Origin: Marsupella aquatica
Taxonomy: Eukaryota; Plantae; Marchantiophyta
Reading direction: 5' to 3'
Assembly: GCA_973895155.1 (NCBI GenBank)
Contig: OZ316896.1
Coordinates: forward strand, 11,150,795-11,214,794
DNA length: 64,000 nt
Positions 23,790-34,600 of the stretch are shown here, one piece after another (position 1 is the first letter of the stretch; every line of letters starts with the position of its first letter). Both the position numbers and the translations under genes were made by a program. The notes under the pieces are model-generated. The model ran no database searches, was not told the origin of the DNA, and saw only the letters and a program-made list of their open reading frames with translations.

Positions 23790-25772
23790 TGTTGAGCATA
23801 GACAACATTCGTAACAGCAAGCCCATGAACCATCCAACGCACAGAGAGATACGTGGTTCACCTCCACATGAGGCTACGTCCACGGGAACACACAAGAGCT
23901 TTACTGCACTCTAGGCCGACCGGCCATACCAAGCATCCACAGCACAAGCTCTCCCTATCTCTCAACTAGCTCCGTAACAATGAGCCTAAGTTCCACCAGG
24001 GTCTAGCATCAGCCCTGGCTATATGCACACCAGCACTACCGCTAACATTAGCTAAGTCCTAACCCGAGTTAGACTAACTGTGGTTAGCTCATGAGTCACA
24101 AGACTAGAGCAATATCTAACAAACTCCCCCTTGACTCTTGTCTTGGGGACTAGACTAAATGCTACCATATGGAATCCTCAGCGGGAAGTTCTAGACAATC
24201 ACCAAACCAGGTCTCCCCCTAAAAACCACAAGGGTTAACTAAGGGTTAACTAGAACTAAGCCGTAGCCTAACAGGAATGCGTAATCCATATACAAATAGT
24301 CACCCATTGCTAAATAACTCTACTTGCACTACAATTGCATAACCTGCAAAGTAGCACGGTGTCTTGAAAAACTCTCCAAATGAATCACTTTGGTAAAAGC
24401 ATCAGCGGGATTGAGCTTTCCATCAATCTTGACTAGCTCAAAAGTTTTATCAGACACTGCTTGCCTGATAAAATGGTACCTGATTTCATGTGCTTCACTC
24501 TACTATCCATCACCTGGTTAGCAGCCAAGTGAAGAGCACTCTGACTATCATACTTTAGAGTCATTTTGCCATGCTCTAAACCCATCTCCGCGATCAACTT
24601 GTCCAACCAAATTGCTTCCTTTGCTGCTTCTGCTGTAGCAACATACTCTGCTTTTGTAGTAGACTGAAATATACACTTTTGCAAGGTAGATTTCCAACTG
24701 ATACATCCTCCTCCAAGAGTAAATACAAACCCAGTTGTAGACCTCCTTGTATCCAGACAACCTCCATAGTCAGAATCTACATAGCCAACTAACGTTCTAT
24801 CTGATCTGTTATCAAATAGTAATCCATAGTCCTGTGTTCCCCTCACATACCTGAGAATCCATTTCACAGCTTCCCAATGTACCTTCCCTGGATTTGCCAT
24901 GAATCTGCTGACCTTGCCCATCGCTAGGGCCAAGTCAGGCCTAGTACAAGTCATCAAATACATCAGACTGCCTACTGCTTTCTCATAAGGAATCTTAGTC
25001 ATCAGACCTTTCTCCACAACATCCGTAGGAGAGAAAGCCGATGATAACTTGAAATGTGAAGCTAAAGGAATACTCACTGGCTTACAGTTTTCCATGTTGA
25101 ATCATGCAAGTACTTTCCTCGCATACTGGCCTGGACTCAAGCACAACTGTCCAGTCTCAGAGTTCCTAAAAATCTCCATCCCTAAGATCCTCTTGGCCTT
25201 ACCAAGATCCTTCATCCTGAATTCAACACTCAATTTCGCCTTGAGACTGTCAACCTCAGATTGATCTTTAGCCACAATCAGCATGTCATCCACATAGATC
25301 ACCAGAATGATGAAACCAAATACATCATTCTTGACTAATTTCGTATACACACAAGGATCATACACCATCCTTGTAAAACCTTGAGCAAGCATGAAATCAT
25401 CAAACCGCTTGTTTCACTGTCTGGGAGACTACTTCAATCCATACAAGGACTTGAGCAATTTTCAAACTAAGTTCTCTTGGCCCTTCTTCATAAAGCCTAG
25501 TGGCTGTCTCATGAAGATCAACTCTTCCAAGTTGCCATAGAGAAAAGCAGTAACAACATCCATCTGATCCATCATCAGATTAAAAAACACAACAAGCCGA
25601 CACAAGATCCGAATTGTGGAATACTTAGTCACCGGTGAAAAGACCTCATTGTAATCCACTCCTTTCTCCTGAGTGAACCCCTTGGCAACAAGCCTTGCCT
25701 TGTAGATCTTGTCGACACAAAGAGATACATGGTTCATGGGCTTGCTATTACGAATGTCGTCTATGCTCAACA
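23790..25772 (-). mobile_element. 5'-truncated Ty1/Copia (Tnt1/Tork-like) element: RT-RNaseH, PPT and 3' LTR, capped by an inverted U5 end; TAATA TSD
   Basis: Decayed pol at about 24330-25710 (KARLVAKGFTQEKGVDYNEVFSPV, MDVVTAFLYG, IYVDDMLI, GYVDSDYGG, AEYVA). PPT CAAGGGGGAGTT precedes the LTR 24121-23790 (TG...CAACA). Positions 25729-25772 are the reverse complement of 23790-23833 (42/44). TAATA lies at 23785-23789 and 25773-25777. Confidence 0.9.
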
Positions 25773-27183
25773 TAATAGGCATCTCAAGCCTGGTGTTAAC
25801 TAAATGAGGTCCTCCCATAAGTTTACTGTAGTATTATGGGAACTCACGTAAAAGTTATGAGAATTGATCTTCAGATACCGTAAGGAAAGCCCGCAGGCTC
25901 AACACTGAACCCTAAACTTACCCGCAACTTTAGCTGCAAATCCAGAAATCCAGGACTCTGGAACTCCATTAAGTCGTAAATGAAGGCATGTGGGTTTTGC
26001 ACCTAACGTGATGATGATTGTTGTATTTGAGGTAGTGGCAGATCAAGAATGGAGGACAAAAAAATCCAAGCTATGAGACAGGTGAGATTGGAACTCCTAC
26101 CTTATGGGGCATCAATGCTAACTCCCTCCATTTTAAAAATTCTCTAACTAGTCCCATAATCGTGAACTTAAAGTCGAGATGGACTGATACATTGTCTATG
26201 AAGTATGGACAAACCAAATTTGGATGGACTTGACTCAAACACACAAATATACTTGGATACTATTTGTTACACTTGTGTCTAAAAATACCATGTCAGAGCA
26301 TCATTTTTGTTCACCTGTCAGAAGTACCTTGTCAAAACATCATCTCTCTACATTTTTTACCAAAGATACCATGTACCAACCAGATCAGCATTGATTGCAA
26401 GCCTCATTGTATTATCTTAATATACTTTTCCCTCAAGCTAGTCACTTTAACCATTTTTTTAGTTCAGTAAAAAAACATAAAATATGTAAGGTATGTTTAG
26501 GTATTTGTATGCCATATCTGGCCTTTATGGTAATAAAATTATATAGACTAATCTCTTCACAATTCACTCTAGCATCTCAAGTAGTTTGTTCAATGAGCAA
26601 AAGCAAAATTAATTCAATTTTTTCCTCAAGAATATTTTTATGTTTATAATAGATCGCAAAAATCTCACAAAAGATCAAAACAAGTAACACAATCCCCGTG
26701 AACCAATATAACAATTTCCACAAGGAAAATTGGGTGCAAATCTTGATTTTCATAGAGCATTGCTATTGAGACGGAATTGTATTTTCCATAGAGTGTCACT
26801 CTTGTGCTAAGGAGAGTTTTGACTTATTTTGCTGCAACAAAGAGCGTATTGTTGAGAAGTCTTATTATTCAGAGAGCATTGCTCTTTCACAGAGAGCACT
26901 TCAATTAAATTTCCCACTGCAGAGCTCCAAGAAATGATATTTTCAAAGAGCGTTGCTCTTGTTACAATAAGTGTTTCTAGTACTTTGCCGTCGCGGAGGT
27001 CTAAAAATTTCAAATACAATACTAGATGTAAACTTTTGTTTCATTCAATACATATTTTCAGTTTACTATCAAGTGTCCAGAGTCTCCCAACTACTTGAAA
27101 AGTAAATAAACTGATAATTAGAACATTGATTACCTAGATTTTCTCATCATTAGGTGTAAAATGTTTAGTTTATGTATCACAAT

Positions 27184-28158
27184 GAGATATATGCTTGATG
27201 GGCCCCCTGGTGAACCTTTCTTACCTGATGGGCCCCTTGGTAACTTTTTTTACCAAGTAGGACCCCTCTTAATGACCAGTACACCTGTTCTTGTGTGGTG
27301 CCTACACCTGTCCTTGTGTGGTGCCTACTATGTATGGTGACTCCAAGTTGAATCGTGCGGTTAACCTTGCATGGTCGACCGAGAAACCACAGAGATGATT
27401 CGGGAGAAATCGTGAAAAGCAACTGCCGTTGTCGAAACTATGATTTGAAGACAATATGCATTATGTCTTCGGATTCAATGGGTTAATGCCTGAAGACTCA
27501 ATGTATTATGTCTTCCCGTGTTTCAAGGTTTAGGGTTTAGGGTGTACCCCGACACCTTTGGGTCTGTCTTCTTTTGAAATTGTTTGTATGCATTGCATAG
27601 GGGAGTATTATCATTTTGTCAATCATTTGCCAATTTTTGTTGTGACGGCAGTAGGCAAATTCTGAACATTGAACTTGAATATTCTTTGTGGACATTTGGA
27701 GGTACCTCACACTAACGCTGACAGTCGTGCATGAAAACATCGTGAAAAACCCATGTGCGCAATGTGAAAAACATACCTAATAACTACCCCATGATATGGT
27801 AAAAATTTGAACCCAAAGACATAATCCATTGTGTCTTCAGGCATTAACCCAGTGAATTCGAAGACATAATGCATATTGTCTTCAAATCGCAGTTTCGACA
27901 GCGACAGTCACTTTTCGCGGTTTCTCCCAAATAATCTCTATGGTTTCTCGGTCGACCATGTAAAGTCGACCGCACGGTTCAACTGTGCAGTTCGCTTGGA
28001 GTCACCATCCATAGTAGGCATCACACAAGGACAGGTGTAGACACCACACAAGAACAAGTGTACTGGTCATTAAGAGGGGTCCTATTTGGTAAAAAAAGTT
28101 ACCTAGGGGCCCATCAGGTAAGAAAGGTTCACCAGGGGGCCCATCAAGCATATATCTC
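27184..28158. mobile_element. Non-autonomous Mutator-like (MULE) foldback element with ~330-bp TIRs
   Basis: 27184-27514 is an inverted copy of 27816-28158 (starts GAGATATATGCTTGATGGGCCCC). The 9-bp flanks are TATCACAAT and TATCACAGT (one mismatch). Confidence 0.9.
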
Positions 28159-28408
28159 TATCACAGTCCATGGGGATGATGGGAGACAACGTTCAAGTCC
28201 ATCCGGGCTTTGGTTTCCATCATCATAGTTATCAAATATAACACAAATTTGAAATGTTCACTAATGACCTAAGTTTGAGAGGCACTCCTGTAAACTTTAT
28301 CCCTACTGTCCAAATGACCAAAACCAAACAACTGAAAAGAGAGAATGATACTTTGCCCACCATCTAAAGCACTGCTCCCAAGGGGAATGACGTGAGTGAT
28401 CATTAAAA

Positions 28409-28735
28409 GGGCCAGGTTCCATGGGCCAGGGGTAGGGAGTACGGTCACTCCCTCTGACATCCCCTAGGGCCCAAATACACTGTATGCCAAGGTGTATACA
28501 GTATTTTAAATGTATTAATTTTAACTCAGGAGCCAATGAGAATGCCCTGTACTGTTCTTATACAGGGGGTACCCCTGAATTTTAGGAGGGAGTGTGAGGG
28601 AAAATCATACTCCTTGATACAGTATTTGTACACCCCTCAGTCCCTGGAAAAGCTCCCTGGAAAAGCTGCAATTATTGGCTTAAAAATTCTGACACCATCC
28701 GTACTCCTTACTCCCAGCCCCATGGAACCTAGCCC
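28409..28735. mobile_element. Tourist-like MITE, copy 2 (inverted relative to 8024-8345)
   Basis: It has the same TIRs and internal sequence as copy 1, including the shared pseudo-ORF MRMPCTVLIQG...GKSYSLIQYLYTPQSLEK. The TSD is imperfect (AAA/TTA). Confidence 0.85.
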
Positions 28736-29494
28736 TTAGCCGCTAAGCTCTCGAGACAAAAAGGAAAAAGAGAAGAATCTCTTTTGTCCTCACCCGTAAT
28801 AGGAAGGAAAGAACCATAATGAACACAAACAAAGTACAATCAAAACACTACTAAAAAAAGAAAGCTCTTCAACCGTAACCTCTACTCAATCAAAACTCTA
28901 CTCAAAAAGGAAAGCTCTCTTCTCAAGCGTAAGCTCTACTCAAAAGGAAAAAAAACCAAGGAAATTGTTTGACCAAAGAAAAATAGACCTGAGTGATTCT
29001 TTATTGATTTTCCGAGTTCAGTCTCCGTACAGTCCAACCACTTTTGACTAAAATGGTCAAACTTTATATCGTACGGTTCTCTTTAAATCTAGAGACATGG
29101 AATGGTAAACTATTAATCTAAGTAAACTAGACAAATAATACTCTCAGCATCGTCTCCTCAACAGAGATAGCATATGGCCTTTGCCACCTTGGCAAAAAAC
29201 AGTTGTCATGAATGCTGGTTCAGACTGCTTGCTCAAGAAGCTGCCCGGCTTTTAAGGGATTCTATGCAGCTTGGAAAGTTTGGTCCAGCATTTTTGAAAA
29301 TGACAAAGAATTGCCAAATTCCACCTCATTGAGAAGTATAGGTCGTTGGGTTAAAATTTGCCATGCTTCGGTTTGGATTAGCCAGTTTTGGAGTAGACAC
29401 AAACCCCACTAGCCAGAATCTGACACTTAGCTTAAATACAGGCAGACCTACTCATCAGAAATTAATCTAGGAAATTATATAAGTAGTACACTTA

Positions 29495-30331
29495 CAGTAG
29501 GGGGTCTCAAATATAAGGCTGCAACTTGGTTCCGCACACACCTCAAGGGGAGGGTGCCAGTGCCTGTTACTTATGGCTCAGTTCATTTTCATGGGTTAGG
29601 GTGTCTTGGCCCACTCAGTTTTTTTACCCCCCATGATAGATGCAGTTGCACTAACACTGATTAACTTACAGATGCAATATTTTTCTCAGCTGAAGAGCAA
29701 TAGCTTATCTACTTAGATCCTTGATGTGTTGAAAGTTGGGATGTGAGTGCAATGTCAGGATAGATCACTTGGACAAAACTGCAAGTGGGAAACAGTACAA
29801 TGCAGTGGGGTGACTGTGCAGGCTAGCAACAGGGAGCGCGGCACATTTTTAACCTGCGTCCAGCCTAACTTGATGTGGTCATCCGTAAAATAGCAGCGGC
29901 CTTCTGCCTCCTTCCAATAGGCAACGCGGTTGGGGGTAGCCCCTCTTCCTTTCTATGGGTGTGCTCACTCAAACAACCATCTTTATTTTCTCTTGTCCGC
30001 TCTTGTCTCCTCCTCTCAGACGCATGTTATTATTTTGACAGTTTCATTCAATAAAGTTTCTGGGGCCCTGCCTCCCTTAAACCACACCTGCCCCTATAAA
30101 GGGCTACAGGTAACCCGTAGCTCTCATTTTGTAGAGTACAAGTTCAGAAATGGGCTTTGAGCTCCACAAAAGGTGCTGATTGCAAAAGCTTTTTTTGGCA
30201 AGTACTCCACAAAAGATGCTAGTGTTACACCTTTTATGGTGAGTAGTGAGCCATGGAATGAGACTTTTATAGTGGCAGGTGTGATTTAAAAAAAGTAACA
30301 AAACAGGGGCCTTATATTTGAGACCCCCTGG
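29495..30331. mobile_element. Tc1/mariner-like MITE
   Basis: A perfect 21-bp inverted repeat AGGGGGTCTCAAATATAAGGC lies at 29499-29519 and 30309-30329, with TA just outside both ends. An extra copy of the inner TIR segment occurs at about 30062-30100. Confidence 0.7.
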
Positions 30332-31059
30332 TAGATCTTCTCCTTCACCCCGTGACATTTGCCACCTTCACAGAAAAAGAAAAAGCTTTAAAAATTTAAA
30401 ACAAGTTTTAAGTATTTTGCCACTAAAAATATTCTAATTGAGAATACTATCACTATTTTTTTATATTTATAAACTGTCACACGGTTTAATATATAGATAT
30501 CAAGTTTACAAAAGTAACCAAGGGAAATAGTGACATTTTTGTGAAAAAAATAGTGATGGTATTGTTAATGTAGTTAAAAACTGAAAAATTAAATTAACTG
30601 GTCAGAATGCTTCCTCAAGAAGCTGTGATCACTGTAGCTCGAAAACCTTGGCGTCTTTCGGTGTACCGACCAGTTTCCGCACAATCCGGGAGCTTTCATA
30701 AAGATCCAATGGCGGTCGACCAATTCGATGCCACTGCACTTGTGAGGACTCCAAATCTGTTTCCTGCTCATCGCCGTGCACCGTCTGTTGGAGCTCGGCA
30801 GCCGTGGGCCACCGAATACACCAATCGAGTGGGCGATTTGTGCAATGAGCTTAGAAAAGTTTGAAGGGTTTATATTTTGAAATGAGAAAACACGAATGTC
30901 TTCAACCAGAAAACCATCGATTCTCGGTGCTGTTGTCGCATAATTGCCATGCGCATGTGAAGAAGGCAAGCTTCCTCGCGTGGGTGGTGCGCTGTTGCCA
31001 GTTCTCGTGCTCGAAGGCTCCGGAGGCTATTTTTTTCTTGGGAAGGGAACCTCTGTGAT

Positions 31060-31630
31060 ATTCATCATTTCAGCTGTGTGGGCTTGTTCGAGAGCCTTGG
31101 CTGATTTGGTGCATTCTTTCTCGAGAAGAACCTCTGATGATCAGGATTTTTGCTTCACTCGATCTTGCCTTTAGAAGGAGAAGAACTTCGTTGGAGGCTG
31201 ACTCGGTGTATGACAGGACGGAATGAGTGAATTTTCGAAGTAGGGGCCCTAGTAGTGTCGACACGAAATATTCTCCTCGTGTCTCTTTATATTATTGGAC
31301 GACGCTGAATGCCTCGGGTGTTGTGGCGTTGATTTTATTCGCTTTCGGCACGAGAGCATTCGATGCAGAGCAGCTCGCATTCTCCCTCCTTTTATCACTG
31401 ACCTGGCTTCTATTCTTCGTTTCGATACTTCGAGAGAAATGTAGGTCGGTCGAAATACATACGCCCTTGCTGCGAGTCTCGTGGATTCTCAACTTCCTTC
31501 TCTCGTTGTTCATTCTCAGTTCTACTACGCTCCATCTGGCATTTGCCGAGAAGCCTGAAACATTACTAAATAATATTCTGGTTGCCATCGCATGCACTGC
31601 ATGTTTGTTTCTTGTATTTGCGGCTTTTCG
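31060..31630 (+). pseudogene. Disrupted TMD0-coding segment of the adjacent ABCC gene
   Basis: The frame of ORF 31227-31664 encodes TMD0-like helices (REKCRSVEIHTPLLRVSWILNF, similar to the HEK..HP..LR..W motif of ABCC4/14-type proteins). It has an in-frame TGA at 31224-31226 and is out of frame with the main ORF at TTTTCGGG (31625-31632). Confidence 0.65.
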
Positions 31631-31656
31631 GGAGAATTGGCATCTCGTCTGCAACA

Positions 31657-34600
31657 ATGGTTGACTCACAAAACGGGAATTTGAGGGAGCCACTGTTAAG
31701 TACTAATGATGGCAATTTCATTCCCCGGGAGACAGCGGAAGACGAAAAGAAGGCGGCCGTTGTATCGGATTTCGACAACTCAGGAATCATAAGCAAAGTG
31801 ATATTCCTCTGGATGAACCCGCTGTTGAAAGTCGGGAGTAGAAAAGCTCTGGCAATCCAAGACGTCCCTCGATTGGGGAAGGACGAGGACGTCGAGACAG
31901 CCTACGGGAAATTCCAGAGAGAGTGGGAGAGGGAGGGTCAAAGCAACAAATTTCTGCCATGGATCATCGTTCGGGCACACTGGCGCATGTTTGCATTGAC
32001 AGGATTTCTTGGACTGCTCAAATTAGTGGTCATGTATGCCGGCCCTCTCTTGATTCAGCGGTTCATCGACGTCACGGCGGAGGAAGACAGCCGCTTGTTG
32101 GACGGAGTTTCGCTAGTTGGCCTCCTACTCTTTGCCAAAGCGCTAGAGGTTGTTGCTGATCACCAATCAAACTTCATCGGTAGGAGAATCTCAATAGGGG
32201 TCTGGTCAGGATTAGTCTCAGCTATTTATCGAAAGGGATTGAAAATCACGAGCGGCGCGCGACAGAGCCATGGCACAGGTAAGATCGTCAACTACATGTC
32301 CGTCGATGCGGAGACTATCTCAGAACTTCTCCAGCAATTGCACTCATTATGGGGGTTGCCCCTTCAAATCTGCCTGGCACTTATTATTCTCTACTCCGTG
32401 GTTGGAATTGCCACTTTTGCTGGTATCGGCACGATGCTGCTCGTCATGGTAATTTGCTTGGTGATGGCATCCTTCCAACAGAAGTTCCAGATGAAAATCA
32501 TGGAGGCGAAGGATAAACGAGTTAAAGTCACTACTGAAGCCCTCGGTTGCATGAAGATCATCAAGCTGTGTGCTTGGCAGGAGGAATTTCTCTCTCGTGT
32601 TGAAGCAGCAAGAAGTGTCGAACGAGGTTGGATTGCGAAGCTCATGTACTTAGCCGCGATGAGCATCTTCCTCCTTTGGCTCTCTCCTTTGGCCGTCTCC
32701 GTCATCACCTTCGGCACCTGCGTCCTCGTGGGCGTGCCGCTCACTGCTGGTAAGGTGTTCACGGCCATAGCCACATTTCGAATTGTGCAGGAGCCCCTCC
32801 GCTCCTTCCCTCAAATCGTCATGGCAGCTGCCCAAGCCATGGTCTCAGTCCGCCGCGTGAAAACCTACCTTGAGAGCCCGGAATTGGATGTCAATGCAGT
32901 TTCAAGGCTACCAGCAGGAGAAACCTACGCTGTTGTGGTGGAGAGCGGAACCTTCAAATGGGAGCCCGAGGGGAAAAGCCTCACTTTGAAGAACATCGAT
33001 ATTCAAGTGAGAACCGGATGCTTGGCAGCCATTGTTGGGACGGTGGGGTCCGGCAAGTCAGCCGTATTGTCCTGTCTGCTCGGAGAGATGGAGAAGGTGA
33101 GCGGTAGCGTAGTTCTCAGCGGTACGGTGGCATACGTCGCCCAAAGCGCTTGGATTCAAAACGGGTCCATCAAAGACAACATTCTCTTCGGTAAAGCCTT
33201 CGATGAATCCTTGTACAAGGAGACTCTACGCGTCTGCGCATTGGCCGGTGATCTAGCGCAGATGCAACATGGTGACCAGACGGAGATCGGTGAGAAAGGA
33301 ATCAATCTCAGCGGGGGGCAGAAGCAACGAGTGCAGCTCGCCAGGGCCGTGTACCAGGATGCTGACATCTACCTCCTGGATGACATCTTCAGCGCCCTAG
33401 ATGCACACACCGGCTCCAGCATTTTCCAAGATTGCGTTCGAGGCTTTCTGAATGGGAAGACGGTACTCCTAGTGACACACCAGGTGGAGTTCCTCCATGG
33501 AGCGGATTTAATTCTCGTGATGCGGGACGGGGAGATAGTTCAGTCCGGGAGGTACAATGAGCTGACTAGCCAGGGCACGGATTTTGGAGCTCTCGTGGAT
33601 GCTCACAATGAGAGCCTTGACTCAGCCGAAGCTAATGGGAACGACAGGGTCGAGAACGAGGATGATGATGTGATCTTTGAACTGGGCGAGGAAGATAACT
33701 ACCCTACCTCGTTGGACCAACTCGAACCTCATTTGCCGACGTCGACAGCCCCAGTTCTCATTGCCTGGTCCCCGAGATCGAATCCAGGATCGGAGGCCGC
33801 TACTCCACCCTCTGTAGGGAGTGGGCGCCTCGAGAGGGGGCAGAGCTTGGAAAAAAACCAAGAACACCCGAATTTCAGGAAGCTCAACAAAGCGGTGGGG
33901 CGATCTGGCAAGAAGAGTTTGCAAAAGGGCTCGAAAGCGCAGCATCCACCAGCGGCAGCCCCGGTCATAGCCTCCGCAAAGCTCATCGAGGAGGAAGAAC
34001 GAGAGAAGGGGCGAGTAGATTCATCAGTGTACTGGGCCTACTGTACGAAGGTGCTCTTCGGCACCCACGTTATTGCGCTAATTTTCATACAGACCGCCTG
34101 GCAAGGGCTGCAAATAGCCAGCGACTTCTGGCTTGCGGAGTCAACCTCGGAAGAATCTGTGGAAAATTTCAACGCCAAGAGATTTATAACGGTCTACACC
34201 GGGTTAGCCATTGGGAGCGGGTTATTTGTCCTGGCGAGGTCTCTCCTGGTATCGTTCTCGGGGCTCAGAACTGCGCAGAGATTCTTCCTGGACATGATCA
34301 GAAGTGTCTTCAAAGCTCCAATGTCCTTCTTCGATACCACTCCAACAGGACGAGTGCTTACTAGATCGTCCACAGATCAAATGGACGTCGACTTCCTTAT
34401 CCCTTTCATGTATGGCAGCATGTTGGCGGTGGGGTTCCAGCTAATCGGTGTGCTGACCGTCATGTCCAGAGTCACGTGGCAGTTGTTATTCCTCATAGTC
34501 CCTCTTCTCGTTGTCTTCGTTCAATACCAACGCTACTTCATTGCCACTTCTCGTGAGCTCACCCGCCTGGAGTCCATCACTCAAGCTCCTATTATCCAGC

